64,000 nucleotides of DNA, taken from assembly GCA_964419255.1 (NCBI GenBank), contig CAYQOU010000003.1, forward strand, positions 1,417 to 65,416, in the 5' to 3' direction. This document shows, piece by piece, positions 49,243 to 58,626 of the stretch. This DNA comes from an uncultured Fibrobacterota bacterium (GTDB taxonomy: Bacteria > Fibrobacterota > Chitinivibrionia > Chitinivibrionales > CAYFVL01). Numbering within the stretch: position 1 is the first letter of the stretch; each line of letters starts with the position of its first letter. The position numbers and the translations under genes are program-made. The notes under the pieces are model-generated. The model was not told the DNA's origin. It did no database searches and saw only the letters and a program-made list of their open reading frames with translations.

Positions 49243-49521
49243 ATGACTAAGAAGTTGTTTCTGGGTAACCTGCCTTTTAGCTCTACCGAGGATGATGTCA
49301 AGAACCTTTTCGAAAACTACGGACCGGTTCAATCCGCAAACATCGTGATCGATCGGGAGACCGGACGGTCACGCGGGTATGGCTTTATCGAGTTGCCCGA
49401 ACATATGGCCGAAGCTGCCAAAGTGGAGATGAATGGTGCGGTGCTGGGTGGTCGTAACATCAGAATCGGTGACGCTTTCGAACGGGGGGTACGTCAGCGC
49501 AAACCTGTAATGGCATTATAG
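49243..49521 (+). CDS. RRM-type RNA-binding protein
   Basis: RNP-2 (LFLGNL) and RNP-1 (RGYGFIEL). The ATG at 49243 follows AAGGAG. Confidence 0.85.
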   Translation: MTKKLFLGNLPFSSTEDDVKNLFENYGPVQSANIVIDRETGRSRGYGFIELPEHMAEAAKVEMNGAVLGGRNIRIGDAFERGVRQRKPVMAL

Positions 49522-49572
49522 GAAGATGATCACTCGTATCGATGTTTATCGCAGACTCGTGTCATTATGTCA

Positions 49573-49612
49573 ACAGGAGCTTTGGTCGCCAGGGCTCCTG
49601 TTTGATGTTTTT
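49573..49612 (+). terminator. Terminator-like hairpin after the RRM gene
   Basis: acaggagc (49573-49580) pairs with gctcctgt (49594-49601), followed by ttgatgttttt. Confidence 0.5.
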
Positions 49613-49632
49613 CTACCGTTTTGAGTGTATGT

Positions 49633-50745
49633 ATGAAACAGCTCGAAAAATCATCCAAGCGTGGATTTCTGACACCGGAGCATTTTGCCGAACAGCAGCG
49701 CCGTCGAATGCATTCCATGCGCGGACCGCTGGTGGTTGCATCCTGCCGATCGGCAAATGACCTGGCCCAAAGAATCGTTTCCAAGTATAACAGATTATTG
49801 AGGGAGGCCGGAAGTGGCGAAACGGTAACTTTCCTGCCGGATATCGACAGTCAGTTCTCCGATTCAGAAACCAGGGTCCGCCTGAAAAGCCACATAGGAG
49901 GGGGGGATGTTTACCTTCTGCAGTCGCTTTACAACCCGCGACAAACCGGAGGGGTAGACCACAACTACATGGCATTTCTGATAGCGGCACGGACATTCAG
50001 AGAACATGGCGCACGGCATGTTACGGCGATATTGCCTTACCTGGCGTATGCGCGTCAGGATAAGCCCACCCGGTTTAGCCGGGAGCCGACAACCGCCAAG
50101 CTCATGAGCGATCTGTCCATCGCTGCGGGAATAGACCGAATCATCTCCTGGCACCCCCATAGTGGACAGATACGTGGATTCTACAGTGGCAGGCCTGCAA
50201 ATATGCTTGATCCGACCACGCTTTTTTCTGAAGAGTTTAGCCGGTTGCACAAACGGGACGATGTCGTGGTGGTGGCGCCGGATGCCGGTGCGTCTAAATT
50301 TGTCACGCATCTGGCGCGGGTTATGGGCGTCAGGAGTGCTATTGCTGCCAAATACAGACCGGAGGCCGAGGAGGTTGTCACCTCAGAGGTGATCGGCAGT
50401 TTCGAGGGAAAGCAAATCGCCCTGATTATCGATGATATCATCAGCAGCGGTGGCACTCTCTTTGCCGTTGCCAGGCGGTTGGTGGAGCAAAAAGGGATAG
50501 AGGAGTTGTACATTGGGGCATCCCACAACCTGTGTACGGAAAGTGCAAAGGAAAAACTACTGCACATGCATCGCGAATACGGGCTGAAGCAGGCTGTCTT
50601 TACGAACAGTATTCCTCAAACCCGCTCGTACGAAGATCTACCGTTTGTAAAAGTATGTTGTCTCTCCGATACAATCAGTCGGACTATCAACAGGATTCAT
50701 TACAACAAATCGGTCAGTGAGGTCTTTTCTCAGGAGTGGAGTTAG
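49633..50745 (+). CDS. prs: Ribose-phosphate pyrophosphokinase (divergent PRPP synthetase)
   Basis: PRPP-binding loop (ALIIDDIISSGGTL) and VVVVAPDAGASKF. The variant flexible-loop region reads SWHPHSGQIRGFY. The first ATG is at 49633; the track start at 49621 is TTG. Confidence 0.8.
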   Translation: MKQLEKSSKRGFLTPEHFAEQQRRRMHSMRGPLVVASCRSANDLAQRIVSKYNRLLREAGSGETVTFLPDIDSQFSDSETRVRLKSHIGGGDVYLLQSLYNPRQTGGVDHNYMAFLIAARTFREHGARHVTAILPYLAYARQDKPTRFSREPTTAKLMSDLSIAAGIDRIISWHPHSGQIRGFYSGRPANMLDPTTLFSEEFSRLHKRDDVVVVAPDAGASKFVTHLARVMGVRSAIAAKYRPEAEEVVTSEVIGSFEGKQIALIIDDIISSGGTLFAVARRLVEQKGIEELYIGASHNLCTESAKEKLLHMHREYGLKQAVFTNSIPQTRSYEDLPFVKVCCLSDTISRTINRIHYNKSVSEVFSQEWS

Positions 50746-50748
50746 CGT

Positions 50749-52290
50749 ATGGCTTCAAACAAACCCCCGCTTTCCTGCGGATTTTTGTATACCGATTTCT
50801 ATCAGCTTACTATGGCGCAACTGTATTTCAAGGCGGGGCTGGCAACACGACCCGTGCAGTTTGATTATTTCTTCCGAAAATATCCCGACTACGGATCTCA
50901 CAGCGCCGGCTATTGCATACACGCGGGTATGCAGTGGTTGTTGAACTGGATGGATACCGCACGGTGTGGAGAGGAGGAAATCCAACACTTACGAGTCCAG
51001 AAGGGGCGCGATGGGAAACCGCTGTTTGGAAACGATTTTCTGCGCTGGCTACGGGATAACGGATCATTTGACGGGATGTCTTTGCAGGCAATCGCGGAAG
51101 GACGCGTAGTTCATCCGGATGTGCCACTGGTTGTGGCTCGTGGTCCGCTTGCCGCGGCACAGCTGCTGGAATCATCTCTTCTCAATCACCTCAATTATCA
51201 GACGCTTATTGCAACGAAAGCCGCGCGGATAAAACATGCCGGCGCCGGAAGACCGGTTCTGGAGTTTGGTATGCGGCGTGCCTCCTATCTGGCCGCCAAT
51301 GCAGGTGTCCGCGCAGCCCTGATCGGTGGCGCCGACTTCTCTTCCAATGCAGGAATATCCTATGAGCTGGGTTTTCCGCCCCGGGGGACGCATGCCCACA
51401 GCATGGTACAGGTGTTTATGGCGCTTGGTGAAGGGGAGCTGGGGGCTTTTAGGGCGTATGCCGAGCTGTATCCGGAAGACTGTCTGTTGCTGGTAGACAC
51501 AATCAACACCCTGGAAAGCGGGGTGCCAAATGCTATTGTCGTGTTTGAAGAGCTTAAGAGGAAAGGCCACACCCCATATGGCATTCGGCTGGATTCGGGA
51601 GATCTCGCCTATCTGAGTATCAAATCCGCAAAGATGCTTAACGATGCCGGTTTCGAGGATGTCAATATCATTCTTTCGAACAAGCTTGATGAGATGGTTT
51701 TGTTGCAGATCATCTCCCAGATACGGGAGGATTCGTCGAAAAGCGGTGTCGATCCGGATCATCTTATCAATCGCTTGATGTATGGTGTCGGCACCAGACT
51801 TATCACCTCAAAGGGACAGGGCTCTTTAGACGGCGTATATAAACTGGTGGCGGTAAAGGACGGAAACAGCTGGCGTCCGGCGTATAAGATTTCCGAAACA
51901 CCATCGAAGACACTCAACCCCGGGAGCAAGAAGGTTTGGCGAATATATGATTCTGAGGGAAAAGCCACTGCCGATCTGGTAGGTTTAGCGCATGAGAATC
52001 CCGAAAAGATGGATCCGGTCATTCTTCAGCATCCTGCCCAATCCGCAACCAGACGGGTACTAAAAAAGGAGGCTGTCTCCAAAATCGAACCGCTGCTCGA
52101 AGATGTTCTTCTTGATGGGAAAAGAGTGGGTGAGAGCAGCAGTATTCCATTATTGAGAAACAGGGTCGCCAAAGATCTTTCTCACCTGAATTCGGGCGTC
52201 AAAAGAATCGTCAATCCTCATCGCTATCACGTCTCGTTAACCGAGGAGCTGTTTTCTTTGAAAATGGATCTGGTGAATTCGGTTCGGTGA
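50749..52290 (+). CDS. pncB: Nicotinate phosphoribosyltransferase
   Basis: N-terminal LYTDFYQLTMAQLYF, then FGMRRA, GTHAHS and GIRLDSGDL. The start lies 3 nt after the prs stop. Confidence 0.85.
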   Translation: MASNKPPLSCGFLYTDFYQLTMAQLYFKAGLATRPVQFDYFFRKYPDYGSHSAGYCIHAGMQWLLNWMDTARCGEEEIQHLRVQKGRDGKPLFGNDFLRWLRDNGSFDGMSLQAIAEGRVVHPDVPLVVARGPLAAAQLLESSLLNHLNYQTLIATKAARIKHAGAGRPVLEFGMRRASYLAANAGVRAALIGGADFSSNAGISYELGFPPRGTHAHSMVQVFMALGEGELGAFRAYAELYPEDCLLLVDTINTLESGVPNAIVVFEELKRKGHTPYGIRLDSGDLAYLSIKSAKMLNDAGFEDVNIILSNKLDEMVLLQIISQIREDSSKSGVDPDHLINRLMYGVGTRLITSKGQGSLDGVYKLVAVKDGNSWRPAYKISETPSKTLNPGSKKVWRIYDSEGKATADLVGLAHENPEKMDPVILQHPAQSATRRVLKKEAVSKIEPLLEDVLLDGKRVGESSSIPLLRNRVAKDLSHLNSGVKRIVNPHRYHVSLTEELFSLKMDLVNSVR

Positions 52291-52543
52291 TCAGCTTCGA
52301 TTCTGATCCAATTTGCGCGATTGCTGGCGGATGAGTGACGCAATTCGGGCCACAAATAAAGATGATCATATCCTTTTTATCCTCGCCGACGTCAACACTC
52401 GTTTGGGAGTTATGCTTTTTTGGAGTGGCTCAAAACATATGCGTGCCCCCCCGGCATCATAGCTGGTAAAGTATTTGCTACTCATTAGGCAAATTTGGAA
52501 TAAATACCGTAAAACATAAGTATGAAAAGAGCATGGAGGGGAA

Positions 52544-53515
52544 ATGTCGATTTTTTCACACGCTGCCGCAGCGCTTAATATACCGTATGGCTGTGACACA
52601 TTCGGGAAACTTGACTGTGTGATGGTACACACTCCCGGGGAGGAGTTGAAGCTGATAACGCCCGAAAACCGCAGACGATGGCTGTTTGCCGAAGCTCCCG
52701 ATTTTCAGCGCTTTCGCGATGAGCATATACGATATCAGACATTGTTGAAAGTCCACGGTGTCAATGTACTGGAATTGTCAGACTACGTTTCTGTAAACCA
52801 GGATCTTATAAGCACACTGCCCAATCTCACCTTTATTCATGATGCCGCGGTGATATCCAGCAAGGGTGCTGTTCTTTCGAGCATGGCTTCCGCGGCTCGA
52901 AAAGACGAAACCCTCGTCGTACGGGAGGCACTTGAGAAGCTCGGTATTCCTCTCCTTGTCGAGTTCGATGATTATCGGGACGCCTTTGAGGGATGTATCC
53001 TGCTGTCGCCGGAGACGATACTGGTATTTGGCACCGATCGTCATAAGTATGCATCGGTTTACACATTTATCCGTATGGCTCTGGAATACTTCGATGACAT
53101 ACTTTTCGTGAATGTTCCCCAAAAAAATAATTTTAATCATCCCGATACGATTTTTAACAGAATAAGTCCGACACTGGCATTGGCTTATCTGCCGGCGTTT
53201 AAGGACGCCTTCCAATTCAGACGGGGAGTTGTGCGGGAGATAGACTTTGCGAAGCATATGATGGATATTGGAATTGAGCTGGTTCCCATCTCAGAAAGCG
53301 AGCAGCGCAGAGACGGGTGTTCGTTTGTATCCCTTGAAAGTGGATTGATCATTCACGAAGACGGGGCTTTGGATAAGCAAACCAGGCACTGCCTGTCGAG
53401 AAAAGGTGTAGAATTCATATTCCATAACAATCGGCATCTGAAAGCGGGATTTGGAAATGTTAGCAGCCATACTTTACAGGTGAAGCGTGAAAACTATTGC
53501 TCGTTGGATTGGTAG
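52544..53515 (+). CDS. Arginine deiminase / amidinotransferase (GME-fold) family protein, short form
   Basis: ADI-like blocks appear in order: VMVHTPGEEL, FRDEHIRYQTLLKVHGVNVLEL, FNHPDTIFNRIS (compare HLDTVF) and EQRRDGCSFVSLESGLIIHEDG. The C-terminal block is GFGNVSSHT. Confidence 0.6.
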   Translation: MSIFSHAAAALNIPYGCDTFGKLDCVMVHTPGEELKLITPENRRRWLFAEAPDFQRFRDEHIRYQTLLKVHGVNVLELSDYVSVNQDLISTLPNLTFIHDAAVISSKGAVLSSMASAARKDETLVVREALEKLGIPLLVEFDDYRDAFEGCILLSPETILVFGTDRHKYASVYTFIRMALEYFDDILFVNVPQKNNFNHPDTIFNRISPTLALAYLPAFKDAFQFRRGVVREIDFAKHMMDIGIELVPISESEQRRDGCSFVSLESGLIIHEDGALDKQTRHCLSRKGVEFIFHNNRHLKAGFGNVSSHTLQVKRENYCSLDW

Positions 53516-53536
53516 GGCAAAAGGAAGGGGGTAGAC

Positions 53537-53977
53537 ATGGCCACTATGACAGGACTAAGCGTGTTTGACAGTACCATACAGAAATCAAATCTCTGGCTTA
53601 ACGAGATAATGGATGAGCTTAACTGGAACAGTCGTCAAAGGGCATATCTGGCTTTGCGTGCAGTCTTGCATACGCTTCGTGACACGATGAGCGTGGATGA
53701 GGCGGCCAATTTTAGTGCCCAACTACCCATGCTGATTCGGGGAATATTCTATGAGGACTGGCAACCATCCTATGCTCACGTGGGTAGTATTAGCAGGGAG
53801 GAATTTCTCACCCGTATACGATCATACTTCAAGGATGATCTGCAGATCGATGCAGAGCCGATAGTACGTGCGGTGTTTACCATGCTGGATAAGAAAATAT
53901 CGGAGGGAGAGACCAAAAAACTAAAGCAGATGCTGCCTGCGCAGATACTTGCGTTTTGGAAGCCTATGGGAGATTGA
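53537..53977 (+). CDS. DUF2267 family protein
   Basis: Typical N-terminus (…FDSTIQKSNLWLNEIMDEL…RQRAYLALRAVLHTLRD…EAANFSAQLP…). 146 aa. Confidence 0.65.
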   Translation: MATMTGLSVFDSTIQKSNLWLNEIMDELNWNSRQRAYLALRAVLHTLRDTMSVDEAANFSAQLPMLIRGIFYEDWQPSYAHVGSISREEFLTRIRSYFKDDLQIDAEPIVRAVFTMLDKKISEGETKKLKQMLPAQILAFWKPMGD

Positions 53978-54042
53978 GAGTGGGAAGAAAGGATGTGTTT
54001 GGAAGTAATCTCATCGCGTGCGCAGCGCCCATCGTGTAACGT

Positions 54043-54215
54043 CCAAGGTTTGGTGAAGTGCCGCGCCTACTAACCAACCGCTCGACGGAAGCCTGACGGA
54101 GCGAGTCTTCGAGCGACATGACAGGGCGACATGACAAGCGTTTGATTTCATTAGTTCAGCGCGGCATTTGCCGAAGGTCAAAGGCGGTACTCCGCCTGCG
54201 GCATCCAAACCTTTG
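54043..54215. repeat. GC-rich structured intergenic element bounded by an imperfect inverted repeat
   Basis: ccaaggtttggtgaagtgccgc (54043-54064) faces gcggcatccaaacctttg (54198-54215). Internally there is a tandem cgacatgaca x2 (54113-54135) and hairpins at cggcatttgccg and ggcggtactccgcc. Confidence 0.4.
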
Positions 54216-54388
54216 TTGGTGGCTGTATGTAAACCACTGCCATTTTTCAATTCTTTGCGCGCGCATTCCAAGTTTTTTCTACCATTCCTGTGATTGGGCG
54301 CACCATAGTCTCACATTTTGTTTCTGCAATTTGCATAATCAATCGGTCATTAATCTATTATTTCTTCTTATTATCCGGAGTAAGCGCA

Positions 54389-54754
54389 TTATAAGTTTGC
54401 CATCAGCAAAGCCTTTGATGAAGTTGTCGCGCCAGAGACAGCATCTACATCAGTGTTTTGCGCTTCGATAACTCTTGGTATCACTCCTTCGGCCATTTTA
54501 GCCCATTTACGTTTGCCGTTTTTAATTACCAGGATTTCTTTGATTTTCTGTTCTTCGACAGTTACTGCAACTCGGTGTGACATGCCAATGTAAGAATAAG
54601 AACCTTTGTATGTTGAATCTTTCAATTGAGAAATATCAACAGAAGGAATTTCTAATCCATGAACATGGCGCATATTTTTTTCTGCGGCTTTGTATAATCC
54701 GAAGGAACCACCCACGGTAACTGCGACAATAGCGATGATTAAAGCCGAACTCAT
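54389..54754 (-). CDS. Membrane-anchored FMN-binding domain protein
   Basis: N-terminal TM and the FMN_bind signature DAVSGATTSSKAL. Confidence 0.65.
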   Translation of the reverse strand: MSSALIIAIVAVTVGGSFGLYKAAEKNMRHVHGLEIPSVDISQLKDSTYKGSYSYIGMSHRVAVTVEEQKIKEILVIKNGKRKWAKMAEGVIPRVIEAQNTDVDAVSGATTSSKALLMANL

Positions 54755-55021
54755 CGAAACTCCTTTGTTGATTGAAAAATGAATTTGTCGATCTTAAATA
54801 CATTGTACAACGTCACTCAAGCATGCTTTGTTACATAAATTGCATTCTGAATCCGAGCTTCCATATTTTCATCAAGAAGTAAGAGTTAATAAGTGCTGGT
54901 GGGCCTTTCTATTTAGCTGATTGCATTTTGATGATTTATTTCTCGCGCGGATTGCGCAAATCATTGCATGTGTACCCAATTGATGGTATCAGGTTTCAGA
55001 TGCATATCGGTCCTCCCAACA

Positions 55022-55051
55022 AAAAAGGCAGCCCGTGTGCGCTGCCTTTTT
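55022..55051 (-). terminator. Rho-independent terminator after htrA
   Basis: aaaaaggcagc-ccgtgtgc-gctgccttttt. A/T runs on both sides allow bidirectional function. Confidence 0.7.
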
Positions 55052-55071
55052 CCTATTCATGAGAACGGTTT

Positions 55072-56649
55072 TTATTCTCCCCGGTATCGAAATGAGATAA
55101 AGTTGGTCCTGCCTCTTCTGTTTATCAACAGCACCACCGAATCCCCACTCTCTATGGCTTGCGCCGCCTGGCGGAAATCCTGCGCGGAGTTGATCTCCTG
55201 CGTGCCCTTCCCTTCTATCTTAACCTGCGTGATAACATCCCCCGGCTGAAGCGCCCTGCGGGTATCGGTTACGCTTCGTTTCACTCCCTCGACCACCGCT
55301 CCCTGAACATCGGATGATATGCCGAACTGCTGTCTGATCTGTGGGGACATATCAACCACATCGATACCGGTTTTGTTCTCGGGGTCGACCTCTTCCCTCT
55401 GCGGTATTTGAGGCTCCTGAGTGGGTCGGTCAGCCTGAGAGAGCTGCTCGTCGGTTCTTTCGACAGGTGTGAGCTTCACCTTCTGTTCTTGCCCGTCGCG
55501 AACGATTGTAGCCGGTACCGTGGTTTCCGGCGGAATGCGCGCGACCAGGTTTCTCAACTCATTGGCATTGCCGATATTGATATTGTTGATTGAAACTATG
55601 ACATCTCCCCTTTTGATACCGGCCTTGTCGGCGGGCTGATCTTCGAATACATCCGCAACCAGAACACCGTCGGTGTTCTCCGGCAGGTCAAGTGCCTGTC
55701 GGGTGTTCGCGTCGATATCCTGAATCGATACCCCTATCCACCCGCGAATAACTCTTCCTTCCGTGATCAGATCGCGCATGACCCGCTGAGCCATGTTGAT
55801 AGGGATGGCAAAGCCGATTCCCATAAATCCGCCTGTGCGGGAAAAAATCATGGTATTGATACCTATAAGTTCTCCATCCAGATTCACCAGCGCACCTCCG
55901 GAGTTGCCGGGATTGATGGCCGCATCGGTTTGAATGAAGCTCTGATACATCTCGGTTTGTGCCACCTGCCGGTTGAGTGCCGAAACGATACCGGCGGTCA
56001 CCGTGGAGCTGAGGCTGAAAGGATTTCCGATGGCAATCGTCCAGTCACCGACCCGAAGATCATCCGAATCCCCCAGGTGCACAACCGGAAGGTCGTCGGG
56101 CGCATCCTGAATCTTGATGACGGCAACATCGCTGAGTGAATCGGATCCCACGATTTCCGCCTCGAAGGAGCGGTCGTCGTTGAGCCTGATCTCGATCTGC
56201 TGAGCCCCTGCGACAACATGATAATTGGTGAGAATGTATCCATCCTGAGAAACAATTACCCCCGAGCCAAGCCCCTCTCGTCTCCGATAGAATTCTTCGG
56301 GTTGTTGTTGCTGCTGACGTCCCTGACCGGGAGGGCCGAAAAAGTCGAAGGGGTCTTCTCGGAAAAACCGGTAGAACGGATTCTGCTGGTAGCGCACGGT
56401 GTCGATAATGGTTGGAATCACCGAAACCACCGTAGGGATAATAATCTCAGCAACTTCGGCGAAAATGGTCCGGAATGTGGCTTCCCCATCCAGTGAAGGT
56501 ACATCGGGCTTTCCTTCTGCTCCAAACCTAATGTCTCCCTCCTCCTGTCGTGGTTGACCGTTTGTCCCCTGACAATCGATCAGAGCGAAGCTGCCAACCA
56601 GCATGATAAATGTGATCATGGGGGCAACTGTTTTACCTAAAAAATTCAT
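55072..56649 (-). CDS. htrA: Periplasmic serine endoprotease HtrA/DegQ family (protease domain + 2 PDZ)
   Basis: Signal peptide, His/Asp contexts, catalytic GNSGGALVN and two PDZ-like regions. Confidence 0.9.
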   Translation of the reverse strand: MNFLGKTVAPMITFIMLVGSFALIDCQGTNGQPRQEEGDIRFGAEGKPDVPSLDGEATFRTIFAEVAEIIIPTVVSVIPTIIDTVRYQQNPFYRFFREDPFDFFGPPGQGRQQQQQPEEFYRRREGLGSGVIVSQDGYILTNYHVVAGAQQIEIRLNDDRSFEAEIVGSDSLSDVAVIKIQDAPDDLPVVHLGDSDDLRVGDWTIAIGNPFSLSSTVTAGIVSALNRQVAQTEMYQSFIQTDAAINPGNSGGALVNLDGELIGINTMIFSRTGGFMGIGFAIPINMAQRVMRDLITEGRVIRGWIGVSIQDIDANTRQALDLPENTDGVLVADVFEDQPADKAGIKRGDVIVSINNINIGNANELRNLVARIPPETTVPATIVRDGQEQKVKLTPVERTDEQLSQADRPTQEPQIPQREEVDPENKTGIDVVDMSPQIRQQFGISSDVQGAVVEGVKRSVTDTRRALQPGDVITQVKIEGKGTQEINSAQDFRQAAQAIESGDSVVLLINRRGRTNFISFRYRGE

Positions 56650-57032
56650 ACCGTACTCCTTTCACAAAACTCAGCCATATATTGAAAGTATGTTGCTCGC
56701 ATGTGATTTGAATGCAAATTTAAGCAACCATTATGCCAAAGCTCTGTCCTCGCTGTCGCCTGCATGTACTGAAATCATGTTCGGTGGGTGTAGCTGCCCT
56801 CGGGGCGGGACTGTCGGAGCGAAAAAGAAACGGCTCAGGTGACTAACCCCCGGTTATCCTGCCATCACGATCATCTCCGGCAGGAGCTTTTGTGTAGATG
56901 ATGATGCGGATATCGAAGGACCTTTGAATCCGTATGGCTTGTCAGAAAGAGAAATGCCGGTTTCCTCTCTGTTCTGAAAGGACGGGAAAACCGGCATATT
57001 TGACTGGAGATACTTTTCCGCACGATGATTTA

Positions 57033-58334
57033 TTAAAACTGTACGTTTACATGTACCATCGGAAGCTGCATGTTTTTGTTTTTTGCACTTCTCTTATCCG
57101 CCGCAAGCGCTAATGGCAGATTGAGCGCCGCGGGCAATGTCACATGAAAGGAGGAATTTTCCCGTTGCGCCGATTTCTCTCTGATCGTGTTCACCAGCTC
57201 ATTTCCGACTGCCAGCCCCAACCAGCTTCCGGCCATGGCGGCAAGCATATAGGTGGATTCTTTCTTGACATCAGTATAATAGGGTATGCTTGTCCCGATG
57301 AGTCCGCCGGCGATGGCACTGCCTCCGATGAAAAGAGCCTGACGAAACGTTATGCCGGTATGCTCGTTGAGATTCACGCCGATGTAGCTTCCCAGAAGGT
57401 ATCCGGCCGTGGATGCACCCAGGTACAGATACCGACGTTCCTGTTCGGTCATATCCTTATCGAAATCCAGCGCCTGAGGAAGAAACAGTCCGGTGGCGGC
57501 TCCCATGGCACCGGTGACATAGAGCAATACCCCGTTACCCGAGGAGAAATTATGATTCTCCGTGACTCTCCTTCCCACCATCAAACCGATGGGCACTAAT
57601 GCCATGGTTGCAGCAGAGGAGGCGATGTGATAATCGTCCTTCTGCTCCTGCAGCGCCGGATCCCAGCGAAGCAGAGGAAGGATATAGCCCAGGGCACCCA
57701 GCGTCTGACTGAAATAAATCATCACGGATGCATCACCGAAGCTGATGTCGTCCTCTGCGGCGCGCCATCCGGCGTAAATTCCATAGGGAACGGAAAGCAG
57801 CGTGCTCCATGCTCTGATCTTTTCGCTGAGTAAAAAGTCCTGATTCTCAGAAGTAATATCATCACTATTGTCCATTTGATCAAGGTCTGTTGCATAATGT
57901 AATAGACGGGAAATCTGGAGTGGATACAGGTATCCGATAGTAGCGCCGTAATTCATTAATGCTGCACGGCCATAGCCTATGTCAATATTTTGTGTAAGAC
58001 CATATGTACCAAAGAGTGTCGCTCCGATTGAAAAATAGGTAAGTCCTGTTCTGGTTTTTTCTTCAAGCCCGCTCAGCGCAATGGAATACAGATCGGGAAG
58101 CATATACGCGGTTTTGGCGGTCGTGGCGGCGATAAGCCAGGTCCGCCCCCGATGGTCGATCGGAGAGGTGGCGTTAAAAAGCCACTCCCCGGAAGTCTGG
58201 CCGCTGTAATCATCACGATGCGAGGACTGATACAGGCTGACATCGGACAAGGCTGCCGAAGCGAAGTTTTCGGAATAAGCGTCGGGGGACAGTAATCCCA
58301 CAATGACAACACATGTCAATAATGCATGTTTCAT
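57033..58334 (-). CDS. Hypothetical Gly-rich membrane protein with signal peptide
   Basis: The ATG at 58334 follows AGGAGG and gives a signal-like N-terminus (MKHALLTCVVIVGLLSPDAYS). There are repeated glycine-zipper-like hydrophobic segments and a C-terminal …VHVNVQF. I recognise no family. Confidence 0.5.
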   Translation of the reverse strand: MKHALLTCVVIVGLLSPDAYSENFASAALSDVSLYQSSHRDDYSGQTSGEWLFNATSPIDHRGRTWLIAATTAKTAYMLPDLYSIALSGLEEKTRTGLTYFSIGATLFGTYGLTQNIDIGYGRAALMNYGATIGYLYPLQISRLLHYATDLDQMDNSDDITSENQDFLLSEKIRAWSTLLSVPYGIYAGWRAAEDDISFGDASVMIYFSQTLGALGYILPLLRWDPALQEQKDDYHIASSAATMALVPIGLMVGRRVTENHNFSSGNGVLLYVTGAMGAATGLFLPQALDFDKDMTEQERRYLYLGASTAGYLLGSYIGVNLNEHTGITFRQALFIGGSAIAGGLIGTSIPYYTDVKKESTYMLAAMAGSWLGLAVGNELVNTIREKSAQRENSSFHVTLPAALNLPLALAADKRSAKNKNMQLPMVHVNVQF

Positions 58335-58626
58335 AAAAAACCTCCTGTAAATGCCGAAAAAGTGTGTAAAACGATCCAATGACACACGCCGGCTTACGGA
58401 GGTTTTTTGCATTATATGCAGCTACCCCGTATGCCGGATGTAAATGTATGGGAGCACCGGTACCTCCTGTCATGTCCTTGTCAAAGACGACTCCTGTCTG
58501 AGATAATTAGTAGTGCAAACGATGGTCCAAACACATCGACATGGCAGCTTGTCTCTCTGAGTCTGGCACAGGCTTTGCACTGGCTAGGCCATCGAAAATA
58601 GTGCAACCTTTTGCCAGAGGGGACCG

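Noticed and set aside
54011-54271. 86-aa minus-strand ORF across the GC-rich structured intergenic element.
   Set aside because: It has no RBS and an odd composition, and it spans inverted and tandem repeats. It is more likely a non-coding structured element.
58413-58626. Possible yybP-ykoY (Mn2+) riboswitch upstream of the VIT-family transporter, suggested by a ttgtcaaagacgac string.
   Set aside because: The conserved GGGGAGUAG 5' element is absent, and the spacing to the only GGGAGC-like string is far too short. A cmscan would settle it.
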